64,000 bases of DNA from Chrysomallon squamiferum (Eukaryota > Animalia > Mollusca): NCBI GenBank assembly GCA_012295275.1, contig CM022665.1, forward strand, positions 12,772,001 through 12,836,000, written 5' to 3'. Below, piece after piece: positions 51,063-64,000 of this stretch. Every line of letters begins with the position of its first letter. Position 1 is the first letter of the stretch. The notes below the pieces were generated by a model. The model was given only the letters and a program-made list of their open reading frames with translations, made no database searches and was not told the origin of the DNA. The position numbers and the translations under genes were made by a program.

Positions 51063-54000
51063 TCTTTTTGGTAAGATTTAATCAGTTTATATCAAAAGCT
51101 TGCTGTTTTTTTATCTTCATAAGATATTTTAATTCTTAATTCTTTGCGCAGTATAAATAAGTCAAATTTCAGTTAATAACATCATACTCTCAATACATTT
51201 TTAGATTATAAGTAAAACCATATTTTGAAATGATAGTTAAAAAAAAATTAAATCAAAAATTAAATCAAGAAAACCTGCTGCTGTTATTCTATGGATTGCT
51301 CTTATCACAATATCAGCAAGGGTTCTTTTATCGGCAGCTTTATTACATCATTCACGGGGATATTACTACTATTTGCAGCAGGACATTAATTGAATAACTC
51401 AGTGTGTAAATTATACCCATCTGCTGTACCACTTACCATCCCAACAGCATCTTTGTCGAAAGGATTCCATGAGACAGATTCAGGATAGTGAGCTAGTACT
51501 TTGGATTTGTACGGGCGTTCAAGTGGAGGGCAGTGAAGATGATCTCCTAAAATATAAAAATATTACTGTTATCTCACAAGGCTGAGAAAATGGATGGATA
51601 GTACTTAATTCTATAATCAATGAGCATCTTCTATAATTTCTCACTGAATATCATTTATAAATTAAATTTGAAGAACATTATATAAACCAAATTTAATTCA
51701 TTCCGTGACCAAGCTCATAACTCAAATTTGCTCATATATCAACTCAATTTTCCCAAATGAAATAAACTGAAATACCATTAATCTGTTCCAGCCCCCAAAA
51801 CCACCCCAATGTTTTGTAACACGTTTTTAAATAAGCTAAATGTATGTATAAATGACAAATATTGTATAAAAACAATTTAAAAGAGAATGTAAAGAAATAA
51901 ATTGGTTTTGTAAAGTGTACATGGTTAGGGTTTCTCCTTCTTTTCTAAGGTCCACAGCTTAGAAATTATTTTAACAATTTGCTTGGAGTTATAGCCTTTA
52001 TCGACTCCTTCAGCTTCAGTATGTTACATATTGTAAAAGTACTATACTTGTACTGCCTAGCCTTGTTGACTACACACACACCTTGCTCATGTTTTTCTAT
52101 GATTTTATGCTTTAATTCAGTGGACATCATCTGCTTCTTCTCAGCACTGTCCTTTGCACTCACTTTCTTAGGATCCATGGAAAATTGACAAAATACTGCA
52201 TAAATCGCAAGCATAACACAACAGAGATGTTTCCATGGCAAGGTAACCATGCGAAGCAAACAAGTGAAACGTGGGATGCTGGGCAGATGTTGTGTTGTTC
52301 GTTGTGCCAACTAGTTTGCAACTTGGATTTTGGCTCACAACTCAAAGCAAAACATCAAATGGGCAGTTGCTCGTAACTCGGAAAACCCATAAGTTGGAGC
52401 ACTTGTAACTCCAGTTACCTCTGCATATCTATATTAAAGTGCTCTTTATGTATTTGATCATCTAATGTACTAATGCATATAGGAACCCCTAATGGTAATA
52501 TGAAGTGACCCACTTTATATTTTAAAAAATGGTGAATTCAGTGAGTAGAAATTCAAAACAGCATTTTTAAATGATCTATATCTATCTGTCTATATGTGTG
52601 TATGTGTGTGTGTGTATGTGTAGATATATATATATTAATCAATATTTTTTCTTTATTTAATTATTTTTCTAAATGTGGAGTATACTAACTAAAAAATATC
52701 AATCTTCATGCTATTGCTTTTAAATAAGTACATTTTTATTTTTTATCTTCAACAACTTGATTGTTAGAGATGTTAATTTACAAATCTCTGTATAGCTTAT
52801 CTCTGCTCTATAGTGATGAATGACCTTCCTACTGCACAGTTCCTGCTGTGTATTATTAACACACTTGGTGTTAAGAATGCCTGTTTCCTGTTGACAGTTG
52901 ATAAAACTACATCCAAAATGACAAATGATTGGAAATAATACAATAATGCTAAGCAATCATTTGTCATATCATTATGATAAATTAATATACACATGTAACT
53001 TATAGCATTCTATTCTACTGATTCTTTTTTTAAAAGAATATCTAGCATTGTACTGTACAATTTTTAAATTTTAATAATGTTTCCAAATGTGAAAAGTATA
53101 TAGTTGATTGTGTTAATTTTTTTTATTTTATTAATTACTGGTAGGATATTACTAAATAAATAATCAGTTATAAAAATAATAATTAAAACATGTTTTTAAA
53201 TTAGTTTTTGTCATTTAAAAACTGTATGTACTTATCATTATGATAAAGGTATTACAGTAGACTGAGAATAATAATAATAAATATAATAATAACAAAAAAG
53301 AAAACATCTAAGAAAAATACCTGAAAATTCAATCAAAATAGTAAATATATAAAATACAAATTAGTAATAAATTAAACAAAAATATATATTTTTTAAGTCA
53401 TCAAACATTAATTCATGCATACTTTAGCTTTATTAAAAATTCAAAGGAGAAAGAAATACAGTAACATCCTTGTACCATAAAAATGTTTAACACACAATTT
53501 GTATTAAATTATACAGCTGCCAAAAACAGTTCTTTAGTTATTTATGTAAGGGCTGTGAAAAAAAGAAGAAAAATAAAGATGTTTGTAAACATTGGCAGAC
53601 TTTCTCAAAGGCATTACTGTTTTGACACGTTTGAAGCATTTCAAGTTCAGCTTTCATATACCTGCATAAGACAGATAAATATGGATGTAGTGTTAAGTAT
53701 GTTAAACAGACAAATAATGTAATCACAGTTGTGTTACATACAGATTACAAGAACCATGCATGTATTCAAGTTCATACACAGGACACGTACATCTATGCGA
53801 TGGAAATTTGCCAAGGCCAGCCTTGAAAAAATAAATCAGTTTGCCAAAAGCTTACCTATGAACATCAGTTAAACATGCACTAATAGATGTTGTTTCTAAG
53901 TTACATTAGTACTGTAATATTTACTGATTTGTTGTTGCTCTTCTTTTTTTTCTTTCTTTTTTTAAAGATTACATTTATACATGTATATAAAAAAATGTAA

Positions 54001-57000
54001 AGAAAACAAAAAAGAAAAAGTATATGTAATACATAATTTTAAAATTAACAGAAAAAATAAATATACTAAGATAAAAGACAATATAATTTTTCTAGTGAGT
54101 TTTATCATGTGTATGATGTCAGTGTTAAAGACATTAATGTTTAAAGTAACAAAATAAAATATGAAACATATATATATATTCTGAATCATGTAAAATTGAA
54201 TCTGGTCTTGTGGGCACCCAGAAACCTTCCCCATCACATTTCTTTCTTTATTTGACCTGTACAGAACATCTACCTCTCTAATGCAGCCTGTAGGCACTAA
54301 TGCTTAGCAAAAATAAAGCCAAAACCTACATTAGCAGCCAAAATATTATTTTAAAACAAAATAATAAATAAATAATAATATTAATAATAAAAATTAAATA
54401 ATAATAATAAAAATAATTAAAAATTTCAAATTCTTTCCACACCATATGATTTACTTCCCAGAAAATTCAACAGTTTTCTGCAGTACAGTCACTGTTGTGT
54501 ATGTGACTGGAAAGTTTGGCGATTTGATTCGACTAGACAAAGAATAAGCTTATTCTGATGTTACCATAATTATGATGATGTTGTCGTAAACAAATATATG
54601 TTTACTAATACTAAGCATTTTTTTGTTAGTTCAGAAAATATAAACAGCTGTTTAGTTCTGCAGCTGAATAATCTGAATTCAATAATTCAGCTTGAATTGT
54701 TACTCAGTAACAAGGTGACTTTTCACTGGCTGTAACTTATGAAAGCAGTATCCATTACAATATCTGAGTATTATCAAAGGCTATAACCAAGGTGCCCAAG
54801 TAGTCCATACTGTCATCTGGGCATGATCATTGTTTGCAGCAAGCAGCAAACATTAATGAATTTAGTTAAGCTGGTACGCTTTGGTAAATTACAACCTTTT
54901 GTGACATAAACCCTATGCAAGTAGAGGATCAATGAATTAGAGGAAACATACAAACTAATAACGACTTAAACATGTCACTTGATTAATAAATTCCAATCAA
55001 ACAAAAGTAAATTTTAGTAAAATTTATTTATGAACCAACTGTCAAGCAAAATGCCATTGAATAATTGTTCTGCCTTAAATAACAAGTTAGAGCAGATTAT
55101 CAGGAAAACACAGAGAGATTGTTTAAGTGCTAGAAAAATTGCAAAGCAATTTGGAGTGTGACATATGCAAACTGATGGGATTTTAAAAAGGAAAGCAGAT
55201 GTTCTAACAGACCTTGAAAATAATGTGCCCAGCAGCAATGAAGAAATCAACATGCTTATTTGTCAGTGTTTTCAAGACGCAATATCCTGTCAAATAAACC
55301 TCAGTCTATCACTTATTTTATTAAATGATATGGAGGCAAATGTACTAAATTTGCATTAATAAATACGATTATATGTACATTTATTATTCTGTGCCGTTTT
55401 TCTTTTCTTGAGGGTACTGGAATTAAAAAAAGAAATCATAATATTACAGCAGTTAATGATGAAATATGTTATTGTCTTCAGTAAATATTTTAGAAACTCT
55501 ATATAAAAGCCATCTGTCCATAACAGACACTTTTGTTGGTTTGTTGAGTGGTTGTTATAGGCAAGTTCAGCAACAACACACACAGAGGGGTCCTTGAGAT
55601 ATGTTGGAGATCCATTCCTGTGGGCTGACGTAAGATGATTTTTGATGCAAGTCAGAATTAAACAGTATTAATTGTTTATGAAATGTTATTACATGTATAA
55701 ATATTATCTTGATCAATCAGTAATATTATTATTATTTTTTTTATCCATGCTTAACCTGTTTTCGTTGAAAAAGGAAAACAAGGTTTTCAAATAGACTAAA
55801 TTACATGCACACAACTATCTAATTTTTTAACATCTGCAAAGAATAAAATTGTAAAATGGTAATTTTCAGTTTTCTTATTTTAGATTTTCAGTCAGTTAAT
55901 ATAAACTTTTAGAATAATAAATATGTTACAGTGTATGTGACTCTTACACAAATACACTTGTGATACATTTACAAACAAAATAAATTTCTTAAATAGTTAT
56001 AAATCAGGCATAAATCATGTAATTCTGGTAATAAGTAGAAAAATATTCTGCTTTAAAATAATATTTACAAATGCTGACCATATTTCTTTTACTTTGAAGA
56101 ACATGCTATAGACTACTGTTATGTGACAGGGTTTTCTGTCTGGACTAAATATAAAACATTAACAAACTGTTGATGAATAGTCAATAATGTTTCAAAATAA
56201 TATGCAGCTTTTCTTTCTATACTCACAATAGAGAAAGTTTTATGTTTAAACTGCAATTTTCTTAAAGATAAACACATAAAGTTGTATCTAAATGGTGTTT
56301 CCCACCACATGGAACTCTTTAGTTCAATCTATACTATAAAACCATAATTAGTTGAACTGAATATACAACACAACCAAATCCATTTTGGTTGCTGTTTCAA
56401 TAACATGTAGTAACAATTAATTCCTTTATCAAAACTATATAAGAAACAAAGGCAAACTAAATGTTAAACTATTAACCTATCCAGATTTAGGATTATGGTT
56501 GCCTTAAAGTCAAACCAAGATATGGGTAAATTTGACAGTCAGCTACAAATCAAGCAATCCCTCTGGAAGCAAAATCATATAAAGTTACAGTTAAATGTCA
56601 AAACACTTGTGACATCTGAACATTATAAGTTTATGACAAAAGACTTAAGTGTAACACTGCAGAAGGTCGTCTGATTGTTGTGATGTATTTATGCTTATCG
56701 TGAAGAGGGATACCTCACTTGCATTTCTGTTTCATCATTATTTTTAAATATTTTCAAAAACAACAAATATCATAACAGTATACATATTCAGCTTCATCAC
56801 ATTCACAGTATTCTTTTTTTGACAGGTCATCTTTGATAAACAATGCATTAAAGCTATATGAGGTATTCAGTGTTTATGTTGCAAAATGACAGAAACAAAT
56901 CAGTTTCTCCTTAGATTATGAAGGAAACTTCGTTCATATCAATGCCATTAAAAAGATCTTGGTGTCATTTTTGGCTCTTTCTAATTATATGCAATGTTTG

Positions 57001-57654
57001 GGGAAAATCACTTTTCTGAAAACTTTACAATGTACCTATTATATGGCCTTACGGATAAGAGAATATGTAAACAATATAATATATAATGAAGAAGACTCTC
57101 CTTTAACATTTGTACATTTGATTTCTTTAGTTTTATTTGTTTTTCAAAAAATAAAATAAAATAAAATTCCCCATCAAATATACCTTCATAACTAAATTTA
57201 CTGTAAACAAAGCATTAACATTACAAATTAAAATTAGTTATCAATATTTACTTTTATTATTATCATTTTTTTTCAAAGTTAATCAACTTGGGTCTTTCAA
57301 CTGACTAATGCCAAAACTGTACGTATGAAATTATGCAATTATAAAAAAAAATAATAAATCATTAAATGATTTGTAAATTCATATTATTATTAACATAGCT
57401 GATAGTGATAGGGTCAACTGGTAATATATCCTAACTCAAAATTATAATTTATACAAAGAAAATTTAGTGGTTATTCCCTTAAACGATATAACCCTCCACT
57501 ATCAGCAATGTGTCACGTTATGATCCTATCAACGTCAACGATTATAAAAACAACAAACACCTGACAAACGATCTGGCTCCAATCCTGACGCCACATCCAG
57601 TCCGCATATGACAAAATAGTCAGCGAATCTGTTGGAAGGTGTTGTTGAAGTCAT
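29223..57654 (-). CDS. DENND5: DENN domain-containing protein 5 (Rab6-interacting protein 1; uDENN-DENN-dDENN, RUN, PLAT, RUN), 1280 aa
   Basis: 22 phase-consistent exons: 57561-57654 ([20 protein letters not shown]), 51437-51546, 50398-50926, 49760-49885, 48679-48863, 47647-48436, 47062-47215, 46457-46547, 43122-43247, 42277-42429, 41784-41877, 35430-35559, 34582-34710, 33903-34024, 33183-33328, 32681-32799, 32014-32111, 31407-31475, 30906-30997 (GC donor), 30478-30604, 29815-29989, 29223-29406 (TGA); total 3843 nt. Motifs: [57 protein letters not shown]. Confidence 0.95.
39387..39563 (-). CDS. Candidate 177-nt cassette exon of DENND5 (phase 1-1)
   Basis: Open in frame between exons 11 and 12 (ERNLLHKG...GRSISWS). 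GTAAGT donor, TGCATG ~38 nt downstream, weak AAG acceptor. Confidence 0.55.
39824..40491 (+). mobile_element. Deleted Tc1/mariner-superfamily DNA transposon with long inverted repeats
   Basis: TA|CAGGGTC left end. Inverted repeats at 39876-39915 / 40453-40491 and ~39960-40007 / 40363-40410. Internal transposase remnant [10 protein letters not shown] at 40217-40246. Confidence 0.8.
45383..45418 (-). CDS. Candidate 36-nt cassette exon of DENND5 ([12 protein letters not shown], phase 0-0)
   Basis: TTTCTAAAG|TCTACC...TGGCTT|GTGAGT; in frame between exons 8 and 9; GC-richer than its flanks. Confidence 0.65.
46938..47028 (-). pseudogene. Intronic duplicated fragment of DENND5 exon 5
   Basis: Near-identical to ~48743-48848, with a short internal deletion and one substitution. 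Confidence 0.85.
49534..49719. repeat. Perfect 90-bp tandem duplication (2 copies)
   Basis: AACATTCTGCACAACTTGCAGACAG...TTGACATTT at 49534 and 49624. Confidence 0.95.
50237..50352. repeat. (GA)n microsatellite
   Basis: Direct reading. Confidence 0.95.
51690..52425 (-). mobile_element. Internally deleted Tigger/pogo-type DNA transposon
   Basis: The minus-strand ORF encodes [34 protein letters not shown]...[16 protein letters not shown], a CENP-B/Tigger N-terminal HTH. Subterminal GCTCRTAACTC repeats occur near both ends (~51712 and ~52368). Confidence 0.8.
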
Positions 57655-58266
57655 TTTGGTTGATTAAGATACTTCTTACACCATCGTTGTTTATATTAAA
57701 TTTCAATCAACCATTTTTACATCATCAAAACAACAGCAGACATCACTTCACACCACTCACCGCATTCCCATTATTTTTTCCTTGTTGTTTATTTCCCGTG
57801 AGAGGGCGCTGTAGTCGAAGATATTCTAAATGGTGATGTCATTTTCGTATGGTAAACATTTGGTAACAGTTCAGTACCTACGAAATATATTTATATAAAA
57901 TGAATATTAATTAACAATTTAAAATATTCATTTATATTGACATCTCGTATTATCAACAATGAAAGCACTTAAATTATAATAAACTAAAACTAAGGTTTTG
58001 AATTAATCAAATGCGTTCAGATATCCAATACAATATAGATGATAGTTAATGATTAATTATTCATTTATATATATATATATATATTATTAGCATAAATTAT
58101 TCAAGGAATAATCCACATAGGTAATTATTTTATGTTGTTTTAGAAATAAAATGAAAAAAGAAGAGATGAATTACTTTGTAATGATAATAGGTTCTTTAGC
58201 AAATATTATTATCTTAAGGTCAGCGCCATCAAGTGGAAATTCTCTGAACTTAGAGTTGAGATTAAG
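57655..58266. promoter_or_regulatory. Bidirectional promoter region DENND5 / HINT2 with two CTCF-like motifs
   Basis: Divergent start codons are ~950 bp apart with local CpG enrichment. Motifs CCGTGAGAGGGCGCTG (57796-57811, +) and CCACTTGATGGCGCTG (58221-58236, -). A probable HINT2 5'UTR exon ends at AG|GTATTT (58266). Confidence 0.6.
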
Positions 58267-58602
58267 GTATTTTAATCATCCATAAAACAATATTTTAATA
58301 ATATTCATTTATTTTATTTACTTTTGTTTTGCGTTTTAGAAAAGATAGAATGTTTCAGCATTTAGTCAATTATTTTTATGGATATCGCTGTAAAATGAAA
58401 ATAACTAGAACAAAGTTGGTGATAGAAATTAGCAAGGGACTTAACAAATTATGGATTGTGTTTAAAAGAAGTTATCGCCCTTATATATCTATAGCTCTCT
58501 CTCTATATTAGCAGCCATCTCAAATTAGAAAAAATTAAAAATGAAATAAAAAAAAAAAATTTAATCTGTTAAAAAACTGTACATTTGTAATACATTTTCA
58601 GT

Positions 58603-61215
<2,613 letters not shown>

Positions 61216-61719
61216 TAATTTCTCCACAAACTCACTTGTATCTTGTATTTTTAATTTTCTGAACAGAGAACCATCTTCTGTTTATTAACAGGGTCTGTTT
61301 GTTACAGAATTTAGAATTGTCTTTTAGATGATACATTTTACACTGCAATTTGGAACTGTGCTCAAGTGTTATTAAGTTTGTTATTATCTTCCAAATTATG
61401 AAATACAGACTTGTGTAACATGAAATTCAGGATAATCTGAATTATTTTACTTGACATTGTGAATTTGAAGTATAGATCAAATACTAACTTCTGAAATAAC
61501 TGAGACACCGTGAAATAGAATTCAAAATAAATTATTATGTTTAATTTAAAAAAATTAAATGTTGCCTACAGAACCATTTTGTACATTATTTCTAATCCTA
61601 ATAAGAAATATAATCTTGTATAACCAAGAGCTAATGTAAGTTTATCTTTTAAATTGTATCTACATTATTATATATAACCAGGTCCTAGCTGGGAATTTAA
61701 AGTTATCATCTTAAAACAC

Positions 61720-61752
<33 letters not shown>

Positions 61753-64000
61753 AATATCTGTTGCTTTGCAGAATGATTGGGTATTGTTTTTTTGTGTTTT
61801 GGGGTTGTTTTTTTTTAGATTAAAAAGGGAATAATTTAATTACTACAAGCAGTTCTTAATAAATTAATTACTGGTTGCAGAATTAATAACAGTATTTTAA
61901 AACTTCTTATAAAATGACGTATTCTGGTATTTGTAAGGAATGGAAGTTACTGGAGTTACAATAATTCGTAACAATCCAATTTGTCTGGCAGTTTGAATTA
62001 TGACATGTAAATTTACAAAAAAAAAACTAAAACTTTACTCATAAGGTGAATAATGAAAAATTCATATATTTACATCCAATTTTATACCTTTACAAGAATT
62101 AAATACGAATGTTGTTAGTAAGATATTGATATAATTGTATGCATAATACATAGTGTGATATTTACACTATATATTAATTTAAAATAAAAACATTTTCATT
62201 ATATTGCTTATGAATTTTATTTATTTATTGAAAATAAACCATCCTAAGAATTGTATTTATCCATAACTACTTTCATGAGTTCACAGATGTTGAATGATTT
62301 ATAAGCTGATTTTCAGTGACAGCAACTGAAACTTGACTCAGTCTAATTAGCCATGATTTTTAAGTTACTGTGATTTTGAAAAAAAGGTGTAGATTAGGGT
62401 TAGATTGAAATTTCCTTTGGTTCGATTAGGATTCAGTGTAATAATTATTACTGTTCTTACATTGCACTTGTGTGTATATTCATGGTTGAAACCGGTTTTA
62501 GCAGGAAACCTTTGGCATCATTTTTTCTTTTCCCATATTTTGCATTCAGAATAAAAGTTTATTTTCAAACAAATGAATGCCACATGTAGTGTGGCCTTTC
62601 AAAACATTGACAAAAAAATAATATTAATAATTTCCCCTCCCATATCCAACATGTCATATCAAAAGAATGATATATTATTATTATTACTTAACTATTAATT
62701 TTCACATTTAACGGAAATACCAGATATGGTAATATCTTTTTATAGTGGTTTCCCTTGCAGCAGTATATATTAATTATTACACTACATAATAATTATATTC
62801 AGCTGATTGCATCTAAATGGCCCAGATGGTTTATGTATTATGTTCATTCATTAAAATTAGTTTCTGCATTTACAATATTAATAGAGATATTATAAAATCT
62901 AGAATTTTGTAGCAGTTGACAAACGAGCAAATGGTTACAAAATCAGTCATAATTCCCATTTGCACTTATGAAGTGGCAGCAGCATGAATATAAACTAACT
63001 TTATACTTAATAATGTTTAAATAAAGATGAGTTAGAGGCCTGCTAAAAAGCTGCTCAGCTGGTAAATGTAACAGGTAGTTAACTAATATACAAAAGTCAG
63101 TTTGGGAAAAGTGATAAATATTTTGCTAATAAGAATTGTAAGTACAACAGCTGATAAAGATGAAGTTCATTCAGAATTAATTTTACATGCTGATTGATTT
63201 TAAAATGATTTCATGATCATGTTGCACAGTTTAGGTAGTACTGAAAAGTTGAATCCTGATTTAAATAACAATAATAAGAAGATATTAAACAATTTCATAT
63301 AGAAAAACCAGAAATTGAATGAAAATACTCCAAACACACAAACATACGAAATAAAAAAAAAAATAAAAAAAATACTAGTAATGGCAGTTTTAATAAACAC
63401 TTGCATAGTACAAATGAGTTTTATAGAATAAAAACATTAACACTGATATATATTTATAAGCTAAAACAAGCAAAAAATTGGAATAAAAATTAATATGTGT
63501 AGATTCATTGCAAGGGATTAATAGTTTTTAAAATACAAAATAGTGTACCTGTTCTGCTTGTTAACAAACTGTCTAGAAAATAAAGCAATAACAATTAAAA
63601 ACAGAAACAAAACAATAATAAACAACAACAGCAGCAGCAGCAATAACAACAATGAAACGACCATAAAAGAATTCTGTCTGAATATGCAAAATGGTACAAC
63701 AGTGTTTTCACGACAGGCCATTATAAATCAAATATCATTGTGAAGAATGCACAATGTATTTAAGCTGTTAAATATTTATAATTTGTGACTGACTTTCAAA
63801 CTTAACAATAAAATTTTATAACTTAACAACAATAACATTTTAAAATTTAACATTGGTATAAAAATAAAAATGCAACAATGTATCAACATTTTTTAAACTG
63901 GTATTCCAAGCATATTGGGGGAAAAAATTTTTTATGGAATTTATTACATGGCAATTCATTCAAGATCCATAAATTTTAAAGTATCTGATCAAATTTGTAT

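Noticed and set aside
54780-55360. Possible transposon-derived ORFs in DENND5 intron 1
   Set aside because: No recognisable motif or termini.
61500-64000. ORFs at the window end
   Set aside because: AT-rich, low-complexity UTR or intergenic sequence without splice-consistent coding signal.

Overview
AT-rich, microsatellite-rich, CpG-poor animal genomic DNA with spliceosomal introns. It is probably a protostome/spiralian invertebrate such as a mollusc, but the taxon is an inference. Most entries in the ORF track are noise. I rebuilt three spliced genes by hand. (1) The 3' part of a kielin/chordin-like gene (KCP-like; VWC repeats-VWD-C8-TIL) on +, 19 exons, 10254-22356. (2) A complete DENND5/Rab6IP1 gene on -, 22 exons, 1280 aa, with one GC-AG intron and candidate cassette exons. 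(3) A head-to-head HINT2-like gene on +, 172 aa. Tc1/mariner and Tigger/pogo remnants lie in introns. The most striking feature is in the first 2.2 kb, inside a large KCP intron: at least 11 pre-miRNA-like hairpins read from the MINUS strand, antisense to KCP. Six carry the K-box/miR-2-family seed AUCACAG, four carry UAGCACUU (a miR-29-like variant seed) and one is a diverged miR-184. Upstream of this cluster on the minus strand are duplicated modules with same-orientation YY1-type and TAATCC motifs, which could be its promoters/enhancers. Hairpins were paired by eye, not computed, and expression is untested.
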